A DNA stretch of 15,164 bases from Vitrella brassicaformis CCMP3155. Taxonomy: Eukaryota; Protista; Chromerida. The notes under the pieces are model-generated. The model worked only from the letters and a program-made list of their open reading frames with translations. It made no database searches and had not been told where the DNA came from. Positions within the stretch are counted from its first letter, which is position 1. Each line of letters opens with the position of its first letter. Below, in pieces: positions 1 to 9,156 of the stretch. The stretch spans positions 1-15,164 of the forward strand of contig CDMY01000856.1 of NCBI GenBank assembly GCA_001179505.1. Direction: 5' to 3'. The translations under genes were made by a program, and so were the position numbers.

Positions 1-342
1 GCTGCCATCTGTTTGTCCGCCGGTGCCAGTGCAGGGAGGGGTAGACAGGCCGTATGCATGCTTTGCATGTACATGCTGCTAGTTTAGTGCGTGAGACAAC
101 AGGATCCCTCCGGGGTTACAGACACGAGTCTCGTTAAACACACTAACCAACCAACCAACCATCTTCGACATTCTGTTGAGGAAATGGTGAATGCGGCCCG
201 CAGATGGACAACCACAGCTTAGCTTATTCGGTTGGTCCGTAACACATTCTTCGTTCGTTAGTTCGTTAATCAATGGGGATAGCTGTCCGAACGAAGAGCG
301 ACTTGTGCCCGTCCGACAGGCACAGAGTCACCCAACATGTGT

Positions 343-3300
343 TCATTGGTTCACCTGCATAAATGCATCAACCAACCGCTTCGCATTCACCTGCGCAACG
401 AGTGACATTCCTCTGATGGATCGATGTATGGCGACAGCGATAATAAATCCCTTCCTTACCTCTCGGTACCCCCGCTCGTTGAGAAGGCCACGCATGAAGT
501 CTCGGCAGCCTCTTCCGTCACCAGACTGCGAACAAATCGAACACCTCCAATGTACTTGTGTATGTCTTTGTGCGTCCCATCCTGCCTTACCTTCCGTGTG
601 TGCCTGGCATCTTCAGCATGGGTAATGGATGGGCCGCCCTTCCGAAACGAGACACTTGATTGCGATCGGGCACCCGCCATGGTACCCGCCAACGCCACCG
701 ATGGTGACTGGTCCGGAGAGACAGTGGAGACTTGCGTGCTGCTGGACGGCTCGGACCGGAATTTGGCATTCTTTTCGGCCTCTTGAAGCGTCTCTTCCCA
801 TTTCCTGGCAGCAGCAGCCTTGCCACCCGCTTGCTCGGCTTCGACTGCCAGGAGAAAATTGTGACAAAATGGTAGGATGGGGGCAGGAGAGACGTGAGTG
901 CTATGTGTGAGTGCGTACTTTGCCTGATGTTTGCCTCTGTGAGAGCCACTTGGACGGGCGAGGGCGCAGCTCGGGCGGTCTTAGCTCCTGCAGGATCGGT
1001 GGCCAAGAGATTGCATACTTAGGCCTTTCGCGGGCGCCAGGGTACATTTGGAAAAGCCTTGCTCACCTCTTGTTCCGCTTGGGACCGCCTTCAATCTCGA
1101 AGTGACGGCCTGAAGAGACAGCGACGTGAGATTCTGTCGCGCTTCACAAGTCGCAGCGTACCTTTGGTCCGGCTGCAAACTGCAGTGGCCCTCGCTCAGT
1201 GACTGTCTTACCGGCGGCGAAGGTTGTACCACTGTCAATACAGCATGGCGAGATTGGGTGTGATGTGAGTCTTATGCTGCTTCGATTGTTCCTTCTTTCC
1301 TTGTCTCACGTCGTTCTCGATGATGGTGTCTCCTTTGGCAGTGGACCGTACAACGGGTATACGCACAACGGTCCACACGCCTCCGCCACCTCTGTCCTCT
1401 TCTCAGCTGGTGCCTCCCCGCTCTCAGGCGAAGTGCCGTCCTCTTCTCGCTTGTCATCCGCTTTTTTCGCTGCCCTTTTCCCTCGCGAGATGAGCTCTTC
1501 TATGTTTGTGGCAAGGCAGACACCATGCCGGCCGACAACAGGCGTAAGTCGACGTAGGCGATGTGATGTAGAGGGGAATGCGAAAGGATCTACAGCTGGG
1601 AGATCGGCTTCAGAAGACGAAGCAGGCGCATTTGTGGTCGACCTGGAGGCGCTCCTGGCATACTTGCATACCTGCGGACGGGGAACCATGAGACACAGCA
1701 CAGCAGCATGCATCATGCATTTGCTCGGACTTTCTCTCGCCATGGCTTCTCACTTTCGTCCCCCTGGCCACATCGATGACTCGCATCTCACCCCTCGCAT
1801 CCAGCCCCACCACAATGGGACGAGCCACAGAGGGCTCACCGCTGTCGACAGACAGGTTCTGGACCGGCACATTCTCGCCGTTCTCCGTGGGCGACAGGCG
1901 CAGGGGAGCTGTATGTGTGTTGACGGACGAAGATGGGGTGGGCGAGGCCAAAGTTGTGAAGACAGCGGACACGTGAATAACTGGAGGGGGGTTGCCAGGG
2001 GGAGTGAAGGACAGCCGAAACAAAAGAACCCCGGATGCGCTCGCATACCCATGGACGTGCGCATCTGTGCCCGCGGTGATGAGCAAGCGGTTGCCAGGCG
2101 GGCCAAACGTCATAGCAGTGACTCTCGAGTAGTGCCGTCTCCCCACCGCAGCCAAGGCTAGCGTCTCGGAGTCGAAAATGAGTGGCGCGCCAGACTCCAG
2201 ACCAACCGCGAAGTGGTTGCCGCCTGCAAGTGGCGGACAGCTGAGGGGAGATGTTAGGGTCCACCGCTCTCGCACAGCCAACATAAGCGGGCTGGCAGCG
2301 TCCTCCTGCAGACACCAAAAGAGAGACAGAGAACTTATGCGGACTCTCACAAAAGCCATTCATCACCTGCTGTGGTGGCACAGCGAAGGCGAATACCAGT
2401 GGACGTCCCAGCGCACCCACAATGATATATGGAGATGCCCGCGTAGCCCCATCACGCAGCCCGCCCCGTCGGCAGCTGTCGCTGATCGGTGGGCGATTGG
2501 GATGCAAAAGATGAACATTAGTCACACAGAAGACGTTCTGCTGACCAGCCTGACCAGCTACAGGCTCTTCTGTACCACTTCCGTAGACAGGCAGGGGGGA
2601 AGAGAGAAAAGGTGAATCATGGGAATGGACTGATAGAGGTGCTTCAGGGCTTGACGTGGGATCGGGCACAATCGCAAAAGGTGTCGTGACGGTGGCTACA
2701 GGCTTGGTCTCTGCTGGCTTCGTCTCTCTGGAGGGCCCCAAGTCTGCGATTGATCCTGCCTTGAGGTCGGCTGGCTCGGCGTCTCTGTGAGTGGACGACA
2801 GCGGACTCGACGAAGCTCCCCGGCCCCCCAATGTGCGGTCTTGAAGTGGTGTGTCGGGGAGGGGGAGTGAGAATAGCCAATACTGATGGGTCGACGACTC
2901 ACATACCAACAGCTGTAACGACAAAGCAGCGGAACAGTGACAGTGGCGTTTGATTGGTGTCTCTGTATCATTGGTAACCTGGTTGTTCTCGCCAGCACTC
3001 AAGCGAGCCTCGCACACGACAGGCAGCTCGCTTGTCACCTCTGGCAGAAGCAGCCCTTCACCTTCCGGCACGACACGGCACACCGGCCGGAAAAAGGGTT
3101 GTTTGGTGGAAACGCAATAAACAGCTGCAGCCAGCATTCCCTCTCTCTTCTCCTCCCCACTTGTTGTGAAATAGGGCACTTTCGACGCCGGAAACACCGC
3201 TACACACGGTGGTGTCCACCCTCCTTCGGCCCACCCTCCCTCGGGCAGCCCCTTAGCATGAAGCCAGCTCGGGTTGGACGTTCGGATCATCCACACTCCC

Positions 3301-3981
3301 CCCACAGCACTCTTTTCAGCTTCTCCAGCTGCTGTGCCTTCGCCACCTGAAGGGCTGTCAGCATTGGCTGTCCGTGGAGGGGCTGAAGATGAGACAGAGG
3401 CACTGCTCTCGACCGCGAACGCCGGCCGACGTTCAAGCACAGCAGACGCCACACTGTCAGGGCTCAGCCTCCCCGGTGGTGATGGTGCGATGGCCATATC
3501 AATCAGACACAGCTCTCCCTCCGATGTGCCGCCCACCGCCCAATCACACATGCGTCCCAAAGAGGGCAGCCCGCTCCCAAATGATGCTGGAACCGGCCAA
3601 TCGCTGGGCAGCAGCGGTCCCGCGACAGCATTGAAGCGGCCAGTGACGGTCAGCAGTTGTGACCATGCGGGGAGGGACAGCTCGTTCTCATGGGCCCCTC
3701 TTTTTTTCTCAATCTCCTCGATGCCTTCATCCACATTCTGCTCGTGCACACAACGGGAAGAAGCGCCCACAGCCAGAGGTCACAAAGACACTCTCCTGTA
3801 TGTATGTGTTTGTCCGTGCGATGCCATGGCACCTGGAGCACAGCGGTGATGACCTTTTGGATGAGACCTGTCATGATGAGAAGGCACAACCAACAAGATG
3901 CGTTGCTGATGGAAAACGCCTGATGGTTGAGGGCTTACGGTATGGCTGAGGGAGCCTGTCCACGGTGAGGGCTGGGTCCAT
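343..3981 (-). CDS. WDR93: WDR93-like WD40-repeat protein (cilia/flagella-associated family), 11 exons, ~970 aa
   Basis: Exons (minus): 3981-3939, 3867-3833, 3737-2367, 2305-1754, 1671-1310, 1231-1162, 1109-1067, 987-919, 844-591, 525-460, 390-343. All 10 introns are GT-AG, 52-95 nt and phase-compatible. The spliced N-terminus MDPALTVDRLPQPYRLIQKVITAVLQNVDEGIEEIE matches the WDR93 hallmark D-x-LPQPYR-x-I-x-K (human LDSLPQPYRMINKLV, from memory). A WD repeat is clear in exon 4 (RRHYSRVTAMTFGPPGNRLLITAGTDAHVHGY). The last exon and stop are less certain because CAG|GTGAAC could be another donor. Confidence 0.75.
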
Positions 3982-4112
3982 CGTTGCACTGCCAAAACGC
4001 GCTGCTTGTGGCTATGCCAACAATCGCTTATCCGTCCGCTCGGAACGAGCGGGCTCAGCTCGCAGGTTCCATTTCACGGAGTGATCTCTGCCCCCTCTTG
4101 AGATGCGAACAG
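3982..4112. promoter_or_regulatory. Very short divergent (head-to-head) region between WDR93 and RRP6L3; candidate bidirectional promoter or overlapping 5' UTRs
   Basis: The WDR93 ATG is at 3981 on the minus strand, and the exonuclease coding frame is open from 4102 on the plus strand. No specific promoter motif was identified. Confidence 0.45.
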
Positions 4113-7100
4113 CCTCACCACATATCTCATCTACCGGGCCCTGTCTGATCCATTCATTCTCACGCCTCTGACACTCATCGCCGCTGCTCTTCTGGTCCAT
4201 GCCCTCCTCCCGCGGACAAAGCACAGGCGGCAGCGCTCGCCTTTGCGGCCCTTCGTGCACCCCAACAAGGTGCGCATCGCTTTGGAGCAGCCCTTCGACT
4301 GGTGCGGCGTCAAGTGGCATGAGTTGCTCAAGCGGCTGGCGGGTGAGAAGTCAGAGCATGAATGGTGGAGGGTGGGGCTCGTGGTGGTGACGACAGCGCT
4401 GCAGCTCAAGGCATGCGTCAGATTCCTCATGGCTGCTCCCGTGGTGAGTGAAACAAACCACAGGCATGTGCATGTGATCTGTGCACTTAGCTGCTTGGCC
4501 TGCCATCTGTCTGTCATCTGCCTCATCAGATCGGAGTCGATATCGGTCGGCTGCATGCCATGCATTGCTACAGTGACCGCCACAGACAATGAATAAATGC
4601 AGCCTCTGCCTCTTTCTTTGTGGTGTGTGCAGAGCACGGCACGGGAGGCTACCACGGCCGAGTGTGTCTGTTGCAGCTGTCGACCGGCACGGTGGACATC
4701 ATCGTGGATGCAATAGCGGAGGGTGTCCGGCCCGCAATCGCGCGCCTTCTCAGGCCCTTGTTTGAGGTACGGAAGTGCGTGACTGGTCGACGACGCACAC
4801 ACGATGGTTTATGGACGTGTGCTGTATGCTCAGTCGCAGAAGATCCTGAAGGTCTTTCACTCCGCCGAGAATGACATCATGTGGCTGCAGCGAGGTGAGT
4901 GGGTGGGGTGGCTGTGGGAGCGGGTGTGCAAAGCCGCCCAAGTGCCACGGCATGATATGTTCTGCGGCTGTGAGGCCCTCTCAGATTTCGCTCTGTCGGT
5001 CGTCAATGTGTTCGACACTCACCAGGCCTGCAGAGCTCTATCAAGTAAGCCCGAATGCACGGCGGCTGCCCTCAGCACAGCCCATGCATCTGTGTGGCCG
5101 TGTTCTCAGCACAGCCCATGCATCTGTGTGGGCGTGTTATGTCTGCAGGTGGCGTATCGGATCTGCCCCAGCTGTGGTCTGTCTTCTGCGACTTCCATCT
5201 CAACGCAACCGCAAAGAAGACCATGCAAGTGAGCAACACAGACATCCGTCCGTGAGGACCGCTTCCATTGCGCGCGTGTGTGCAGTGTTCCGACTGGTCG
5301 CGTCGGCCGCTCACGGACGAGCAGTTGCAGTATGCTCGGATCGACGCGCGCTTTCTCCCTCATCTCGCTGCCGCTCTGCTCTGGGCCATGTACAGGTCTG
5401 TAGCCATCACACACATACATGTGCCTGCCTCCCGGGCAAACACACGGTGGGTCGTTCCTCGTGTGTTTCTGTGTCAGCTTGGACGGCTTGCCGAGCAAGG
5501 ATGGGCAGCTGGGCGAGAGGGAGAGTGTGACCGATGAAGAGGGGAGAGTTTTGGGGGCGCTGTCCAGCATCGTGGCCTTGAAGCGCTCTCCGCTGCATTT
5601 TGCTCTCGACAGAGGAGAGGCAGAAGAGGACACCTCACCGATCCAGCCAGGACTGCCGAAAGTAACGCCAGCGACAGAGACTGAATGCAGCCGTCAGCTG
5701 TTTGATGCTTCCTACGGTATACTCAGGCCGCACCCGTCAGCCGGTGAAATCTCGTGAGGAGTTTGTCATGATTTGTCGGCGATTCCTCGAGGTGAAGGAC
5801 AGTGCCGCACACCGCAAGAGCAGCCAGGACAGCATCCGCATCGACAGTGAGGGAGATGAGGAAGAGGTGGATAGCGAGGACGATGTCGACCGCACGAGGG
5901 ATGGCGACGAGGCGGATCTATTTGGCGATGACGATGCTGTTCATGAGATGAATGAGGAGTCATCTCTGACGCGTCGCGTCATCGCGGATTTCACCAGACG
6001 GTGCAGGAGAGTGGTCATTCGGGAGTATCAGCCCCCGCCCCCCCTCTCACCCACAGCCCACCTTCCAGCGTTTCGCGAGCTCTCGCGTGGCAGACAAGAG
6101 CTTCACCTCACGCCGATGGCAGAGGAGATATTCCGTCGACTTTTCGCCGTCCGTGACGACATCGCACGCACCCGCGATGAGCCGCCCGAGAGCATCGTTC
6201 CTAACCAATTGCTGTTTGAGTGGTCTGTTTCTCCACCTCTCTCTCGGGCGGCGTTTATCGTGGACAACGTGCGGTCGATGTGGACGCACAGCTCGCCGCG
6301 TGTGTCGATAGTGGGGCTGCTGCGGCTCTATCATGCCATTGGCAGAGCGCTGCCGGCGAGAGATAGGGCCCAGCGGGTCGATGGGCAGGAAGGCGGGGGC
6401 AGTGGGGATGGATCTGCCGGGACGTTGGCGTACCGGGACGCGGCAACATGGACCAGGAACGGGTAAGCATCAATTATATTATGCGCCATCGCATCGCACC
6501 AGCGACTTTGCACTGCACGCAGGTGTATGCCCCATTTGGGTCACAAAGTGAGTTCGAGCGGGAGCTGGCGAGGCAGCCGCCCACTCTGCAGCAGCGAGTG
6601 CGGTCGCTGCCAGTGCTCAAGCGGGCCCGGTACCTCCACTTTGTCAGCCTGTTTAGCGCCAAGAAGCCCGTGTATGAGAACGTGGAGGTGTTGACGCCCG
6701 ACGGATTGGTGCTCTGTCACTGCGACAAACGAAAAGTTTGTCTGTCTGTCTGTCTGTCTGTGGGGAGGGAAAGACACTGGTCCACCTGCGGCGTGTGAAT
6801 GGGTACTCGTGTGTTCAGGCCAATTGGTACGTGAAGCGGCAGCTCGCGAGAAAAGAGTGCGACGTAAGTGCGATCCATGCAATGAACACACGTACATCCA
6901 TCGTTTTGCAACCCTTCTTTCTTTCGTCTGTGTCAGAGCCCCTTGCGGATCCGTCTGCTGTTCGAGCCCACGGGGCAGGAAGACGGGGACACTCAAGCGG
7001 CCACCCAAAAGGCCGAACGAAAGTGGGCGAGCCACACACACACAGCCAGCCAGCCTTTCTATACAGGTCACCCACGTGCATCGCATCCACTTGCCCTTTT

Positions 7101-8407
7101 GTCTTTTTCTCCAGTGCACGGCGGAAGGAGGAGAGAGACGGCGAGGGCAGCCTTTTCAGCGACGACCAGGACGCAGCAGCGGGGGCAGCTGGGCGGTCGA
7201 GTGAGTCCTGCTACGCCAGCAAGAAGGAGAACAGGTGTGTGGTGTGCGGGGTCGCCAGGAACTTCCTCCGCTACCACGCGGTGCCCACCTGCTACCGCTG
7301 CCATTTCCCGCCGCAGTACCGCTGCAATGGCAGCCACGACGTCATACTATTATGCGTCACGTGAGCCATCTTCCACAGAGCACACACATGTAGATGAATG
7401 TAATGTAATTATGATGTCGCGTTGTATGTTATGTGTGCAGGTGCCATGAAGAGGCGAGCAAACACGTGTTTCAGCTCAAGCAGCAGTTGGCGGACGAGTA
7501 CCAGGTGAGGAGGACACCTGCAGCACCGGAAAAGTGTGGACTGCATCCTACTGTCCGTGTGTTTTGGTTGCTCTCTCTGCAGGCCCCCCTCAACTGGTCG
7601 AACGAGGAACATCGGAAGCAGTCAGCCCGCGCATGTGCGGCCAGACGCGCGGCGGCTGCCCTACTCAGGTGAGTGAGCCACACCAGCACACCAGCATACA
7701 ACAGCCTTTCGGCCTAGGACCTTTCTGATGTGGCCATCTGCCTGTGCAGGTCAGGCGACTCGATGCCGCTCGATCGCATCCTAGAGCTGAAGAGCAAGCT
7801 GCTCGAGTGGAGGGACCACCTGCACAGCGAGAGAGAGGCCGGCTCTGACTCCGCCATCCCTGCCGACATCCAGGAAGGCCTCGACGCCCTCAGCAGCGGC
7901 ATTCGCAAGGTGCTGTTTGAGGAGGAGCCAACTGTGAGTGGCGAAGTGATTGCCGCCGCCCATGAGGCAGGGAAGGCTGGTCGATATAGGACGGGGGAGG
8001 GGTCTGACAGCGATGGGTCGAGGGATGGAACGGTCGACAACAAGGGCAAGAGCATGCGGTATGACCACGGCAAGGTGAGGAACCGATCGCTTTGACTGAC
8101 TGCACCCTCTCGCTCACTTTCTCACTGTCATGTGTGTGGTGTGTTTCCCTTTCCCCAGGTCGTTGCCGAGCGCGTCGACGACATAGGCGCCCTCATCCGG
8201 CGGTTTCGCGCCCACTTCGTGGAGACGATGAAGCCCCGATTCCTGCCTTCCAACTGGTGTGTCCAGCACAAAGTGAGTCGGTCGTTTGGCCGGTTCAGCA
8301 GATACCACCCCGACAACCAGCTGCCAAAGACTGAGACGGAGAGGGGCGAGAGTGAAGAAAAGCAGGGTGGTGCCAAGGCCACCCTCCTGCTAGCCACGCT
8401 GCAGTGA
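4113..8407 (+). CDS. RRP6L3: RRP6-like 3 (RRP6L3)-type 3'-5' exonuclease: N-terminal hydrophobic helix, DEDDy exonuclease, HRDC, C-terminal EXD2-like HNH/zinc domain; ~995 aa
   Basis: Exons: (putative 4014-4033), 4113-4443, 4530-4545, 4633-4766, 4834-4894, 4985-5044, 5149-5228, 5286-5395, 5478-5661, 5741-6462, 6523-6547, 6592-6735, 6819-6863, 6937-7022, 7115-7360, 7441-7504, 7583-7668, 7750-8074, 8159-8407; total 2988 nt, in frame. ExoI IGVDIEH, ExoII KVFHSAENDIMWLQRDF and ExoIII DWSRRPLTDEQLQYARID are intact. HRDC: RRLFAVRDDIARTRDEPPESIVPN. C-terminal blocks FSAKKPVYEN..DGLVLCHCDKRKANWY, LLFEPTG, KENRCVVCG..YRCHFP..SHDVILLCVTCH and FRAHFVETMKPRFLPSNWCVQH match EXD2/RRP6L3 from memory. The start codon and the 6463-6591 junctions are uncertain. 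Confidence 0.85.
5071..5138 (+). repeat. 34-bp tandem duplication (2 copies, 33/34 identical) inside exonuclease intron 5045-5148
   Basis: ctcagcacagcccatgcatctgtgtgg(c/g)cgtgtt at 5071-5104 and 5105-5138. Confidence 0.95.
6739..6761. repeat. (TGTC)n microsatellite in exonuclease intron 6736-6818
   Basis: tgtctgtctgtctgtctgtctgt directly after the GTTTGT donor. Confidence 0.9.
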
Positions 8408-8814
8408 GAGTATGAGCGGCTGGCGAGTCGTTTTTTGGTTGTGTGATGGCGGTTGTTGATCGTGTTGCAGCATGGATGGCGATGGATGGATGGATGAGTG
8501 TGTTGATTGCATGATAATTAGTGTACACTCCTAACTAGTACACGTGTGTAAGAATGTATGCCGTCTCGTGTCGCCACACACGTGTCACTGAGTGACACGT
8601 ATGTGTGTGTGCGAGCGAAACCGCTACTAACACATACATGTCATGTGACCGACGTGATCGAACACATACAGTACAGCACACCGGTCGTCATCGCTGCAGC
8701 CTCCATTTCTCAAATCAATCGCTGCCGGCGTGCTGGCATACGGCAGAGCAAATGCACCCATCCAGCGACGCACAAAACTGCCAGACCCTCCCTCCCTCCG
8801 CCCGCCCGGTTCCT

Positions 8815-9118
8815 TCATGCAACAGCATGAGGGTTAGAGAAATGCGTGCGAACCTCACTTCTTATCCACTCGAGAGCAGCCCACAGCGTCGAGCGCAAAT
8901 ACCCCTGCGCGCACACACACACGCGTCGGGCGTCCATCACAACACCGCAGCAGCATCGCATGACGGACTCACTGACCTCTTCGCTCTTGTTTTGCGATTC
9001 TGTGACGAAGCTCGTCATCAATGCACAGTCAGACACGATGGTCGACGGAGCGGACTGCACACAGGCAGGACAGGCAGGCAGGCAGGCAGGCAGGCACACA
9101 AAAAGACCACAGGCCTCA

Positions 9119-9156
<38 letters not shown>

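Noticed and set aside
54-76. TGCATG-like palindromes resembling ApiAP2 binding sites, also scattered in introns
   Set aside because: They occur throughout introns and UTRs with no positional enrichment at gene starts in this window.
1341-1376. 9-bp inverted repeat GTGGACCGT/ACGGTCCAC
   Set aside because: Short, inside a coding exon, 18-nt loop; compatible with chance.
1199-2161. 320-aa plus-strand ORF overlapping WDR93
   Set aside because: Antisense to well-phased WDR93 exons, no recognisable motifs; long shadow ORFs are expected at high GC.
4012-4802. Minus-strand ORFs (102 and 223 aa) opposite the exonuclease 5' end
   Set aside because: No domain signal, and they run across plus-strand introns with clear splice sites.
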